The notes beneath the pieces were generated by a model. That model saw only the letters and a list, made by a program, of their open reading frames with translations, did no database searches and was not told the DNA's origin. Positions 1 through 12,532 of a DNA stretch of 64,000 nucleotides are shown here, piece by piece; the stretch's first letter is position 1; each line of letters starts with the position of its first letter. Location of the stretch: assembly GCF_006345805.1 (NCBI RefSeq), contig NC_043000.1:15066001-15130000 (forward strand). The letters run 5' to 3'. The position numbers and the translations under genes are program-made. This stretch comes from Octopus sinensis. Taxonomy: Eukaryota.

Positions 1-405
1 TTATGTTTTCGTTTTTTTCTCAGTTTGATCTTTGCCTTCCATGAGTCTGCAAAATCGAAACTGACTCAACAACAGGAAAAATGTCCTTCCTTGATCATTG
101 TATTGGCAGATTCAGTAAACTCAGGTAGCTGTGGAAAATGGATCTTGTTTCAGTCGTCAGACTGTGGCCATGCTGGGGCACTACCTTGAATGATTTTTAC
201 CTAATGAATCAGCTCCAGTGCTTCTTTTTTTGGCTTTTTTTTTTGTTAAGCCTGGTACCTATTCTATCTGTCTCTTTTACCAAACCACTAAGTTACAAGG
301 ACATAAACTCACTAACACCAGTTGTCAAGTAGTGCTGATGTGAAATAAAACAAAAAAAAAAGAACCTACATCAAGATTTAGATTACTTTCAGTGAGATTG
401 CTTAA

Positions 406-624
406 CCCTTTAGTGTTCGCATTATTCTGCCAAAATCCTTTTTTATCTACATTGCTTTGAACTAATCATGCATTATCTTGTAGCTATGAGATTATGATGA
501 GGTAGCTGTTAATTTTTAAAATGATATTGTAGGGCTGGTGTAAGAGAGACCAGATCTGGCCAGTTTGACTATAAAACAGGCAGAATAGTTCTGGCTGGAT
601 ATGGCCGGTTTAAATGCTAAAGGG
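406..624 (-). mobile_element. piggyBac-type MITE (CCCTTTAG termini)
   Basis: TTAA at 402-405 and 625-628; termini CCCTTTAG...CTAAAGGG; reverse complement of the 1015-1233 copy. Confidence 0.85.
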
Positions 625-1014
625 TTAATAACCTGAAATTTTAATGTAACAAAGAGTGTCACAAATTCGTTTTTACCATTATTATTATTGTTAACAGCTT
701 CAATTTCTCCACCACTGCCCAATGCTGAGATCACCCCTTCCCATACACACACGCACACACTCCAATAAACAGTCCTTTTTTGATACATAGAAGTATAGTA
801 TAATGATTATATTTTTATGAGAACAGGTTTATGGAATGCTGCTATTCAAGCACCAAGGAGTTTTACAGACAAAACAGTCTATTTGTAGCACTAGAGGGAT
901 GGGCCACCGTTAAGATAACTCATTAAGTTCTAGTACTTATCAGCACTCTGATTATGAAACCTCTAAATGAAAAACCTCAATTTGTCTGACTTGAATCTCT
1001 TCTGCTTATTTTAA

Positions 1015-1233
1015 CCCTTTAGTATTTAAACCGGCCATATCCGGCCAAAATAGTTGATCTGTTTTATGTTCAAACTGACCAGATCCAGGCTCTCACACCT
1101 ACCCTACAATGTTATTCTACATTAAGTAATTACACCATCAAGATCTTGAAGATATGAGATAATGCATGATTAGTTCAAATCAATGGGAATCAATAGGCAT
1201 TATGTTTGATAGAATAATCAGAACACTAAAGGG
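1015..1233 (+). mobile_element. piggyBac-type MITE
   Basis: TTAA at 1011-1014 and 1234-1237; CCCTTTAG...CTAAAGGG; internal AAACCGGCCATATCCGGCC shared across the family. Confidence 0.85.
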
Positions 1234-1653
1234 TTAAGAGATCCTATCTTTCTGTTAAAGAAGGCTTCTATCAATGGTGCAAGTTTCAGCAAGCTTGGAT
1301 TACATATTTGCGAAAGGTTGACTATATGTGGTTAATGGTTTAAAGGGCTGCTTCCGTTTTGCAATTCAAATCTTTAAAATACATGTATCTTCTCCATTTT
1401 GATGCATACAAGGTGTTCAAAGTCTCAAGGCTATAATGCATGATTAATTCAAAATAATGTGAATAAATAAGCATTACGTTTGACATTTGACAGGTTAAAG
1501 GAAATGCATGTACTGTTGATAATTAATAGCCAGCCTCTTGAGTCAGTCTCTGAATAATCTACAAGTTATTTACGTGTCTTCAGTTATTATATCAAGCTTT
1601 GTAATGTTAGAATGGCTCTGGCATTTACAATAACTGAAAAATTTAAGCAATGT

Positions 1654-2039
1654 AGGCGTAGGCGTGGCTGTGTGGTAAGTAGCTTGCTTACGAACCACAT
1701 GGTTCCGGGTTCAGTCCCACTGCGTGGCACCTTGGGCAAGTGCCTTCTACTAAAGCCTCAGGCTGACGAAAGCCTTGTGAGGGGATTTGGTAGACGGAAA
1801 CTGAAAGAAGCCAGTTGTATATATATGTATGTGTGTGTCTATGTTTGTCCCCCCAACATTGCTTGACAACCGATGCTGGTGTGTTTACATCCCTGTAACT
1901 TAGCGGTTCAACAAAAGAGACCGATAGAATTAGTACTAGGCTTACAACGAATAAGTCCTGGGGTCGATTTGCTCGACTAAAGGCGGTGCTCCAGCATGGC
2001 CACAGTCAAATGACTGAAACAAGTAAAAGAGTAAAAGAA
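1654..2039 (+). mobile_element. tRNA-derived SINE family A (CORE-like GGCACCTTGGGCAAGT; (GTAAAAGA)n tail)
   Basis: tRNA-like head GTGGCTGTGTGGTAAG...GGTTCAGTCCC, internal TA/GT microsatellite, about ten near-identical copies in the window. Confidence 0.85.
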
Positions 2040-2044
2040 TGTGC

Positions 2045-2345
2045 CTGCATCAAATTTTGCTTGAAGCTCTGCAAGTTTGCTAATGAGACACTTGAAATGT
2101 TTTGTCTGAATTTCTGAGTGGCACACACATTTCAAGTCTTGTCAACTACCAGTCCAAGATGCTAGGAAGGTGGGAAAAAAATTTGTAATGAAGACTATGG
2201 TCAAACAATGCATCAGCTTTCTCATATGATCAAAGTTCATTATGGAGCTTACAAAGAGATTTTAACGGAAAACCTGAACATGCAATGCATGGTTATGAAG
2301 TTTGTGCCCCTGCTCTTGACATTTGATCAAAAGCCAAAAACAGTA
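2045..2345 (+). pseudogene. mariner transposase N-terminal remnant
   Basis: Translates to CIKFCLKLCKFANETLEMF... and EILTENLNMQCMVMKFVPLLLTFDQK, resembling mariner IKFCxKLGKS.TET / ILTExLxM..V..KFVP..LT..QK; disrupted. Confidence 0.7.
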
Positions 2346-2434
2346 GCATTTTGACATCCAGTTTTGCCATGTTTCCCAGAATAGAATTAAAGATTCATAA
2401 TGGCTGAGAAGGTAACTTTACTTTTTAAAAAAGT

Positions 2435-2665
2435 TGAGGCATGTGGCTTAATGGTTAGCATGTTGGACTCATAATCTTAAGATTGTGGTTTCGATTCTTG
2501 GACTGGGCAAAACTGAGCAAAATGCATCACTTCATGTTGCTCCAGTCCACTCAGCTGGCAAAAATGAGTAACGCTACGATGGACTGGCGTCCCATCCAGG
2601 TGGAGAATTTACACACCATGGAAACTGGGAAACCAGCCCTTGTGAGTGGGCACTACTTGAGAAGG
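2435..2665 (+). mobile_element. older tRNA-derived SINE with a V-domain-like GATGGACTGGCGTCCC motif
   Basis: A/B-box-like head; shares GGACTGGCGTC..TCCAGGTGG and GAAAC..G.AAACC.GCCCT with 4913-5200. Confidence 0.6.
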
Positions 2666-3348
2666 TATTTACTTTTACCCATTCATAGTGGTTGATGAAA
2701 TTCAAATAGAGCCAGAGATGGTAATGGATGGCTTTTTGGAAGAGGACTTCCATAGTGCTTTTGAGGTATGGAAAACACGCTGGGATTGGTATTATTATTC
2801 CCTTGGGAATGGTGCCCAAATATAAATCATCATTTAATATCCACTTTTCCATGCTTGCATGATTCAAATGAAATTTGATGCGGCAAATTTTCTATAGCAG
2901 GATACCCTTACTGTCACCAACCTGCACACGTTTCCAAGTAAGATAATATTTCCCATGGAAGTTTGGAAAATAACATCACTTGTATCACTGTGATGCTTGT
3001 TTAGTTATCGTATGATGCCTGGACAAGGATACATGCATGCGTATGCATACATACAAAATAAAATACATTATTTACTTGAGTACTAATGTACTTCTTTATG
3101 GCTTGATCCTTGTATCTAATATTATCTCATACATGTAGTGAAAGTCTTGAAATTCATTAACCTTATTATTGAAAGATGGTTTTTACAATTAAAATAAGTT
3201 CCTACATTTTACAATCCACTTAGTTTTTGCAACCTCATATACCCCAGAGTTGAAAGTTTAGAGGTCTGACAAAAATTCTGTAATATGTCACAACTTGATA
3301 CTTTAATAATGTTTGACATAACCAGATTATTCTGTTCTGATATTACTA

Positions 3349-3563
3349 AGGTGGCAGTCTGGCAGAAACGTTACCATGCCAGGTGAAATGCTTGGTTGTA
3401 TTTTGGCTGTCTTTACGTTCTGAATTCAAATTCCATCAAGGTCAACTTTGCCTTTCATCCTTTTGGGGTCAATAAAGTATCAGTTACATACTGGGGTCAA
3501 TCTAATTGACTGGCTCTCTCCCTAAAAATTTTGGGTCATATGCCTGGAGTAGAAAAGAATATT
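3349..3563 (+). mobile_element. tRNA-derived SINE family C (monomer)
   Basis: GGTGGCAGTCTGGCAGAAACGTTA head; GTTCTGAATTCAAATTCC...GGTC(A/G)ACTTTGCCTTTCATCCTTT body. Confidence 0.8.
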
Positions 3564-3572
3564 TAATGAATA

Positions 3573-3960
3573 AGGCAGCGAGCTGGCAGAAATGTTAGCA
3601 TGCTGGGCAAAATGCTTAGCAGTATTTTGTCTGCCGTTACCTTCTTAGTTCAAATTCCGCCGAAGTAGACTTTATCTTTCATCCTTTCGGGGTCGATAAA
3701 TTAAGTACCAGTTACGCACTGGGGTCGATGTAATCAACTTAATCCATTTGTCTGTCCTTGTTTTTCCCTTCTATGTTTAGCCCCTTGTGGGTAATAAAGA
3801 AATAGGTATTTTGCCTGTCTTTATATACCGAGGTCGACTTTGCCTTTCATCCTTTCAAAGTCAATAAATTAAGTACCAGTTGCGTACTGGGTCGATCTAA
3901 TCGAGTGGGCCCCCTCCCTCAAAATTTTGGGCCTTGTGCCTAGAGTAGAAAAGGATATTA
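3573..3960 (+). mobile_element. SINE family C, dimeric copy
   Basis: One head followed by two tandem bodies joined at ...AATAAAGAAATAGGTATTT. Confidence 0.8.
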
Positions 3961-4861
3961 CTGCAGTTCTCCTTAATCATATGTGTATCATTTACATTTT
4001 TCAAATCAACAGTTTCAATCCCTGTCCATACTGAATACAGACCACTCACTTCATATCATTTGACACATAAGTTGTGTATAATTGTGTTATGTTAACATAT
4101 TGCAAATTCAGTTGTTTAGAAAAACAAAAAGGCACATGCAAAAGATTCTAATTTTATGAACTTTATCATACAAGGTAACAAGTTGACATGATTATCTGAA
4201 CATCAAAGAGGCCTTGTAGTATTTGTTCCCCTCTTTATGTTCTGCATTCAGATCTCCCAGAGTCAACTTTGTCTTTTACCCACTCTCCTTCGTAAAACAG
4301 TACCAACCAAGTATGAGAATCAATAGTATCAACTAACCCCCTTCCCTCAAAATTTCCGACCCTGTGCTCTCCACTGGAAATCAATATTTACATCTATACA
4401 GTATTTTGCTCTGTTGGATCAATCATCTAGTATCACATTCCTATCCCAAGGGTGAGGAATTTCAACCATGTTTCATGGTCTGCTACCACAACAGCTCCTT
4501 TAAAGGATCAGTTTATGCATTTTACTTTCTACATTAAGAATAATAATCCTCTTGTTCATTATACCACTGACTCAAGGACAATTAAGTCAATGTTACATTT
4601 TTAAGTTATTTAAATTTCCTCTTTCAATAATGACAATTATATTGAGGTGTTGTCAATACTGGATTTACTGCAAGCATTATATGTATTGCTTCTTCAATTT
4701 CTTTTGATCTTTCAGTTTCCTCCTGAGTTCTCTACAATTATGGGAATTTATTCCAAAGTAGTTTAGATTTCCTTTTCATATCACCCTTTCCTGTCATTAA
4801 GGCTCTGTGAAAAGTGTTTCATCCTTAATTATAAGATTTTCTGGAAAATTATTTAAAAACA

Positions 4862-4911
4862 ACAGGGGTAGCCATGTATCACCTTAACAGGCGATACATG
4901 GCTACCCCTGT
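4862..4911. repeat. 50-nt near-perfect palindrome
   Basis: ACAGGGGTAGCCATGTATC at 4862-4880 is the exact reverse complement of 4893-4911; the stem extends to 23 bp with one mismatch around a 4-nt loop. Confidence 0.95.
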
Positions 4912-4912
4912 C

Positions 4913-5200
4913 GAGGCACATGGCCTAGTGGTTAGAGCAGCGGACTTGCAGTCGAGGGATCGCGGGTTCGAATCTCAGACCGGGCGATGTGTGTGTTTAT
5001 GGGCGAAACACCTAAGCTCCATGTGGCTCCGGCAGAAGATAATGGCAAACTTCTGCTGACTCTTTCACCACAACTTTCTCTCACTCTTTCCTCCTGCAAT
5101 GGACTGGCGTCTCGTCCAGGTGGGGAACCTATATGCCAAAGAAACCGAGAAACCGGCCCTTATGAGCCAGGGATGGCTCAAGAAGGAACTAACAAATGGC
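4913..5200 (+). mobile_element. tRNA-derived SINE (head related to family D, V-domain-like body)
   Basis: A box TGGCCTAGTGG and B box GGTTCGAATCT, then a non-tRNA body. Confidence 0.75.
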
Positions 5201-5548
5201 TACTCCTGTTCCTCTATCATACTTTAACCTCTCATAACCTGGCATAAAGCCAACTCCCTTAATACCACAACCCTCCTCAGTTGAAGGATCTTCAGTTACT
5301 TGATGACCTTGCTGATACCAATGCTACATAAAAAACACCTAATGCATTCTATAAATCAGTTAGCATTAGGAAGGGCTTCTAGTTGTGGAAACCATGCTTG
5401 ATGCAGTCCTCTGGCTTATCAACACTTCTCAAACTGCCCAGCCCCTGCCAACATGGAAAATGGAACTCCTCTGAGACACTTAATCAAGGCATGTACAATT
5501 TTGTATCGCACTATCAAAGGTATTCTGCATCATCTGTTTTTGTAAATA

Positions 5549-5938
5549 GTGGAGGCGCAATGGCCCAGTGGTTAGGGCAGCGGACTCGCAGTCGTAGGAT
5601 CGCGGTTTCGATTCCCAGACCGGGCGTTGTGAGTGTTTATTGAGCGAAAACACCTAAAGCTCCACGAGGCTCCGGCAGGGATGGTGGTGTTCCCTGCTGT
5701 ACTCTTTCACCACAACTTTCTCTCACTCTTACTTCCTGTTTCTGTTGTACCTGTATTTCAAAGGGCCAGCCTTGTCACTCTCTGTGTCACGCTGAATATC
5801 CCCGAGAATTACGTTAAGGGTACACGTGTCTGTGGAGTGCTCAGCCACTTACACGTTAATTTCACGAGCAGGCTGTTCCGTTGATCGGATCAACCGGAAC
5901 CCCTCGTCGTCGTAACCGACGGAGTGCTTCCATTTCCA
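5549..5938 (+). mobile_element. tRNA-derived SINE family D
   Basis: GGAGGCGCAATGGCCCAGTGG head; 11-bp TSD TTTTGTAAATA at 5538-5548 and 5939-5949. Confidence 0.9.
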
Positions 5939-6204
5939 TTTTGTAAATAATCATGTTTTGAGAACCTCTAACTTGGGCATGTGTAGAAAAATAGTAATTA
6001 TTTTGATAGCTTCATATTAAACAAAGTTTCTTTTAATATTTTACTTATTTAGCCCCTTCAGTTTTTGTTCTTGCTCAAATACACGTCACTGCGATTAACA
6101 ACTACTTCAGATAATCATATGAAACTTAGTGTTGAGAATAAATGAATCAGTTTTGTGTCAAAACAAAGTAATTGCTTTTAAAAGTTAAAAAGAAAATACA
6201 TCAT

Positions 6205-6560
6205 AGGCACAGGCATGGCTGTGTGGTAAGAAATTTTCTTCCTAACCACTTGATTCCAGGTTCAGTCCCACTGTGTGACACCTTGGGCAAGTGTCTTCTA
6301 CTGCAGCCTCGGGCCAACCAAATCCTTGTGAGTGAATGTTGTAGACAGAAACTGAAAAAGCCCATCATGTGAGTGTGTCTTTGTGTCTGTGCTTGCCCCC
6401 CTCCCCCCACTTGGCAACCAGTGTTGGCCTGTTTACATCCCCATAACTTAGCAGTTTGGCAAAAAGAGACCAATAGAATGAGTAAGTACTGGGGTCAATT
6501 CATTTGACTAAATATTCTTCAAGGCATGGCCTCAGTCTAATAACTGAAACAGGTAAATGA
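6205..6560 (+). mobile_element. SINE family A (diverged)
   Basis: Colinear with 1654-2039. Confidence 0.8.
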
Positions 6561-6776
6561 TTTTTTTAAAATGTTTCACTTTGTCTTAAATCCATTTTGA
6601 AATTTTTCTTTTCACAAACATGGAATGTTACTTTGGATGAAATAAAATCTGATTGGTTTCATGATAGCTGCAAATTTTAGGGGCCTTAGTAAAATGATTT
6701 GTCTCTTCTCTATATATTACAGATATAGCATTACAAAGTTGAACTGATTCCAACTTCATTATTATTATTATCAGGA

Positions 6777-7005
6777 TAAAGGTGGTGAGCTGGTATAATT
6801 GCTAGCATGCCGGGTGAAATGCTAAGCAGCATTTATTTCATCTGCCACTACATTCTGAGTTCAAATTCTGCTAAGGTCAACTTTGCCTTTCATCCTTTCA
6901 GAGTTGATTAATTAAGTACCAGTGAAATACTGGGGTCGATGTAATCGACTAATCCCTTCCCCCAAAAAATTTCAGGCCTTGTGCCTTTAATAGAAAAGAT
7001 TATTA
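6777..7005 (+). mobile_element. SINE family C
   Basis: Colinear with 3349-3563. Confidence 0.8.
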
Positions 7006-9310
7006 TTGTCATGGTAAATGTATCATATTTACCCAAAGCTCTGTCAAAACTTTGTTCCTAAATTTTCTTTCCCCATTTAACAGTTGAAAAACTTTCACTC
7101 ATTCTATCTCAGTTATAGAATGTATTTTTTTTTTTTAGAACAGTTTAGTCCTCAACAAAAATGATTACGTTTACCTTAAATGCATTCAAGTTAGTGAGCA
7201 AAGCATTTTACAGAAAGCAATTTGTTCTCTAAATGACCATCATTACAGCTTTCAATCTTACTAGTTAATTTGTAAATGACTACATAGTTATAACTTCTAA
7301 ATATTCCATGCAGTGTTTCTGCTAAAATAATGTATCACTTAATATAGCCAAGTTTTAAGAGAAGGAACATAATCTCCCCCACCTCTCTCCCTCTCTCTTT
7401 GAAATTATTTTTAAAAGAGCTGATTAGATATCATAATACCAACCCTTTCATTGAAATAGTCATTGGCAACTATCTCAAGTCTGAGTAATCATTTCAGTGC
7501 AAAGGGAGTGTTCCAAATACAGTGGCTGCATTTTTCTTACTCTGGGTGAAATGGAGTCTCTCTTAGCTTAAATTAACCATATGGAATTATATTGTCAACA
7601 TGTGTGTGAAGAGAAACGAGAACAGTTTCAGTAAAGTTTTTTGACAGAAAGATACAGACTATCAAGTTGATTAATCAGATAGAAATATTAAGAATAACAT
7701 ATTGAAATTGAATTAAAGATTGCTTAGTATCTTTTTGGCGGGAAACTTCTGAGTGATTAAGTAAGAGTATGATAAAGAAAATAGTTGCTTAACTGAAAAA
7801 GACAGACAAGTTTTGTGGTACATAAGATTTTGTGCACTCATAACTTGTGCGTAGTGTAGCCCAGTTCAGCCCTATTGAGCAGATATATAACATTCAACCA
7901 CTTGGTGGAACAACTTAGGTGCCATTCACAGTAACTAGAGCTCCTGATGTATCATGACTCCCCACATTGCTCTCACATATTTAGTGGTTTATCATATAGG
8001 CTGTGGTTGGATGGGCTGTATTATCTTCTATTCTGTTCAATTTGCTTCTAAAAGTTGTGGTTGCACCTCACTAAATGTGAGCAGAATGGACTCAGAGCCC
8101 AATGTTTAGGACTGCTTTGCTGCTATTTTTGTTGAGCCAGTGAAGGAGCTTCTTCTATATTATTATTTCCATTTACAAGAACAAGCAACCAAATTAACTC
8201 AAACAAGTATTTTTTTTTTTTTTCAAGTGTTGAAGAGAAAGGCCAGTTCTTGTTATGTAGTGTTTGCTATGTTGAGATGTGTGTTTACCAAAACTTATCA
8301 GTAGTGATAAGCCAAATCATTTGTAGCCATCTTGATGGTTCTAGTTGCATTCTGTTCATGTTTGAAAATTAAAAAAAAAAAAACTAAACTAAACTAAACA
8401 AAATTTAAGTTTAAAAATAGTATGCCAGATAAAGGCACAAGATTATCATGGCTGGAACACCAGTTAAGATAAGCCATCACCAAAGAAATTGGTAGTCATT
8501 GTTTAACCCTCAACCAACCCTGCTGTAACAGACCTATTTATTTTCTCCCTCAGTTAGTGAACAATAGCATTATTGGCTATAGGTTTCCAGTCCATGGTGC
8601 ACTGAATTTCTGGTTCAAGACTGATAAGGGATTTTTTGTTACTTAGTGCTGAACAGATATCGCAAGAGACTTCATTTGAAGAACACTAGTTTTTCTTAAC
8701 TGGATTTTGCATCATTCACCAATACATGTCAATGAAAGATATATTTATTTATACATACAAGCTATATTCACACACACACATGATGTGCTTCCACACAGTT
8801 TCTGTCTACTACATCTCGCTCACAAAATATTGGTAAACTTTAGGCAAGTAGAAAATACTTGCTTAAAGTGCTGCATAGTAGGATTGAACCCAAAACTCAT
8901 TAGTTGCAAAGCAAACCTCTTAATCATAACCATCTTATATTGTATATCAAAGAAGAACCACATTGATCATTCTTCATTTTTAAAATGGCAGTCTGTGATT
9001 TGAGGGAGATTTGGCTGTTAATTCAGGCAAGCTGAGCAATTGTACAGTTATTTGTAATCATGCATTTGTGAATTTAAATAGATTCTCTAAAGGGAGTGAA
9101 GGTTGCATGCACTTACTTTGTTACTGAAACAAGTTATTTCAGATGTCAACGCAGTACTGCATAGTGGAGTCATTTTTATCCTATGAAAATTGCCGGTAAT
9201 TTGTTCAGGTTGAAATACATGGAAGCATTAAATAATAGGAAATGCAGTCTTAATTTGAAATAATAAACATAGGAGTAATAGAAAAATTTGAAAAGTTTTA
9301 AACATTTCAG

Positions 9311-9960
9311 ATGCGTGGCTGTGTGGTTAAGAAGTTTGCTTTGTGACTGCATTGTCTTGTCTTGTCTTGAGACAGCATTCACCTGGGATGGGTTGAGCAG
9401 GCTTCATTCATCCTCAATGCTGCATCTCTCACAAATGCCAACCAGGCCTGGCAATTTGAAGCTAACGACCACGTGATCTCCAACCACTCCCTGTTCCAGT
9501 GGCGAACGCCGTAGACATGGGGTCCTAGGTTGGGTTCCAGATCAGCCTTGACTGTCATCAGCCAGGTTTTTCGTTGTCCACCACATCGCTTTCTCCAACC
9601 CTGAAGGGGAGCTGGGGCAATTGCTTCGTAGATGAATTCTCCTGGTTGATGACAGAAGGCATGACCCAGCCAACGCAGACGTCTCGTTAGGAAGGCTTGT
9701 CGGAGTTCATTGTCTTGAGTTCAGTCCCACTGCATGGCACCTTGGGCAAGTATTTTCTACAGCCCCAGGCTGACTAATGCCTTGTGAGTAAATTTGATGA
9801 ATGAAAACTGTGAAAACCTGTCTGCATATATTTGTATGTTTGTGTCTGTGTCCTATCACCACCACCACTATTTGATAACCAGTACTGGTTTCTTTACATC
9901 TCTATAATTTACCAGTAAAAAAGTAAGATAAAATAAGTACCAGGCTGGGATCAATCTCAG
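9311..9960 (+). mobile_element. SINE family A interrupted by an RTE fragment
   Basis: Head at 9311-9350; body resumes at about 9718 (GAGTTCAGTCCCACTGCATGGCACC). Confidence 0.75.
9360..9708 (-). mobile_element. 5'-truncated RTE-clade LINE (second family) with (CAAGA)n tail
   Basis: Minus-strand stop-free frame ELRQAFLTRRLRWLGHAF...RCGGQRKTWLMTVKADLEP...THPR*; RRLRWLGH and GGQRKTW are RTE C-terminal motifs; ~10-bp TSD CATTGTCTTG at 9350-9359 and 9708-9717. Confidence 0.8.
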
Positions 9961-10377
9961 TGGTTCCCCACCATAACTGCTGATCTGGCTTCTCTCACCT
10001 AGCCAACAATGTCATTGTAAAAATAAACAATAACATCATTGAAATTTCGAAGCTATGAGATAATGCATAATTAATTCAAAACAGTTTGGATAAATAAGCA
10101 TTACGTTTGAGAAAGTAATCTGAATAATAAAAGGGTTAAACCTGCTTTCTTATCTTTACATCCAACATTTCATGCTCCCAAACCATACTGATTTTACCAT
10201 TATCCAAATTAGTCCTTTAATTTCTGTTGTATTCAAACTGCAATCAAAAATACAAAACTAACCCTGTTAAATTTCACTCTATTTTTGGTGTCAATAGATA
10301 GCTTTCTCTTAATGTAAAAAAGTCTGCAACTGATTGGGATTTTCTACAACATCACATGTTTCTTTTGTCTTTTGTAG

Positions 10378-10458
10378 TTGGTTTGGATGCTGCTGGGAAA
10401 ACAACCATTTTGTACAAACTGAAACTTGGAGAAGTCGTTACAACCATTCCTACTATAG
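10378..10458 (+). CDS. ARF4: Class II ADP-ribosylation factor, coding exon 2 (81 nt; (V)[27 protein letters not shown])
   Basis: tgtag acceptor and GTATCT donor; ARF P-loop GLDAAGKT; phase 1/1; 81-nt size as in vertebrate ARF4/ARF5. The symbol means class II (ARF4/5 co-orthologue). Confidence 0.95.
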
Positions 10459-10634
10459 GTATCTCAATGTTTTCCTTTCACCACCTTTGTCATATTTCCT
10501 TAAGAATGCTTTATTATTTATATTACACTGCAAGGCCATATCATTTATTTATTTTTCTTTTTTTACTTCTAAGCTGTTTTTTTTTTTTTTTCCTGCAGAA
10601 AACATGTGTAAAGTACTGTATATATGAAATTCTT

Positions 10635-11007
10635 GTGGAGGCGCAATGGCCCAGTGGTTAGGGCAGCGGACTCGCGGTTTCGATTCCCAGACCGGGCGTT
10701 GTGAGTGTTTATTGAGCGAAAACACCTAAAGCTCCACGAGGCTCCGGCAGGGGATGGTGGTGATCCCTGCTGTACTCTTTCACCACAACTTTCTCTCACT
10801 CTTACTTCCTGTTTCTGTTGTACCTGTATTTCAAAGGGCCGGCCTTGTCACTCTCTGTGTCATGCTGAATATCTCCGAGAACTACGTTAAGGGTACACGT
10901 GTCTGTGGAGTGCTCAGCCACTTACACGTTAATTTCACGAGCAGGCTGTTCTGTTGATTCGGATCAACCAGAACCCTCGTCGTCGTAACCGACAGAGTGC
11001 TTCCACC
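10635..11007 (+). mobile_element. SINE family D
   Basis: 13-bp TSD ATATGAAATTCTT at 10622-10634 and 11008-11020; about 175 nt downstream of the ARF exon 2 donor. Confidence 0.9.
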
Positions 11008-12194
11008 ATATGAAATTCTTAAGAAATGCAATATTCAGCTGTACAACTAATGTAACTTATCTAGCTGTAGAAACCATACCAAAATGGACAGCAGAGCGTG
11101 ACGTAGTCTTCTGACTTGCCTGTTCCTGTCAAACTGCTTGACTCCTGCCAGCATGGAAAATGGATGTTAAATGATGATGAGTGCTAGGTTTAGATGGTCC
11201 AGTTTAGTAATTTCATGCTTGTAAATTCAAATCTTGCTTTTTTGCAGTTCAAGATATTATTATTATTAAGATGATGGAATCACATCAATTAGTTATATTC
11301 TGTGTGAAAAAAAATCCTTAATGATAGAAATTAGGGCACAGAGAATTAAATGCCTTTATGTAGTTTCAATTTTACCATGCTCTGAATTCAAATTACATCA
11401 GCTGACTTTGTTTTTCATTCCACACGGGACATTAAAACAAGCACCACTCATATACTGTAGTCATTTAATTGACTCTATGCACTTCCCTAGCCATTCATGG
11501 ATTTGTGCCACTGTGAAATCATTTTTGTATGTTTATGTTGTGACATGATCAACCCACTCTACACACTGTGTCTTGTGTGCATGTTGCAAGTTTCAAGTCT
11601 TGTGCACAGTTCTGTAGATTAGTCATGGCAGTCCACCCCATATTGTGGTTTATGTACAAGTATGTGTGGTAACTTAATGTAAAGTAACTAACTGGTTCTT
11701 ACACTCACTTAACTAAAAATTTACCAGACCGTAACAGTACTTCCCCACAAAATACCAATGCTAGAATGCTGTCTTTATCAGGATTTCAAGTAGACTAAAA
11801 GGAGGCAGAACAAATACACAAGAGTAACAGTAATTAATTAATTACGTTTTGCTTACTTCCAGGGAAGAAGGGCAATTGCTCATTGCCTTCTATATAATTA
11901 ATGTAGGCCATGGGGTACAGCACCTAAATATCTATGATTCAAGATCAGTGACACTGGCTTAAGGAACAGTTGCTTTTGTTAACAAATACTTAGCATAAGT
12001 AGTGGAGCTTGCAGTTGAGTAGTGCCTATGGTTTCAATTGTGGGGAAGAAATTCATGTAGTCCCTTCGTGCAGCACCTTGGGTAAGTGGATGGAAACTGA
12101 AATGAGTTCATTATGTGTGTGTGTTTTCCATTTTATCTGAGCATCAAACTAATACACCTTGTTTGTTGTTCCCTCACCTGTCCCTGTCTTTTGG

Positions 12195-12532
12195 TTTGTG
12201 ATACCAGTGCCGGTGGCATGTAAAAGAACCATCCGAACGTGGCCGTTGCCAGCACCGCCCCGACTGACCCCTGTGCCGGTGGCATGTAAAAAGCACCAAC
12301 CGATCGTGGCTGTTGCCAGCCTCGCCTGGCACCTGTGCTGGTGGCACATAAAAGGCACCCACTACACTCATGGAGTGGTTGGCGTTAGGAAGGGCATCCA
12401 GCTGTAGAAACACTGCCAGATCAGACTGGGCCTGTTGCAGCCTCCAGGCTTCCCAGACCCCAGTCGAACCGTCCAACCCATGCTAGCATGGAAAGCAGAC
12501 GTTAAACGATGGTGATGATGATGATGATGATG
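12195..12532 (+). mobile_element. RTE LINE 3'UTR fragment, (GAT)n tail
   Basis: Tandem GTGCCGGTGGCA..TAAAAAGCACC units, GTTGGCGTTAGGAAGGGCATCCAGC and a (GAT)n tail; matches 26680-27240. Confidence 0.85.

Noticed and set aside
4913-4990. tRNA-like heads (also 5549, 10635, 52785 and the family A and C heads)
   Set aside because: They have A/B boxes but no complete acceptor stem, run into shared repeat bodies and have TSDs, so they are SINEs rather than tRNA genes
8011-8082. ATG GGC... 22 codons then GTGAGC, as the missing ARF exon 1
   Set aside because: Phase 0 rather than the required phase 1, and MGCIIFYSVQFASKSCGCTSLN lacks the LFGKK.MRILM pattern. Exon 1 is probably upstream of the window
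10334-10661. ORF-track extensions around the ARF exons (also 17089-17349 and 20947-21198)
   Set aside because: Only the AG...GT-bounded parts match ARF; the flanks are intronic read-through
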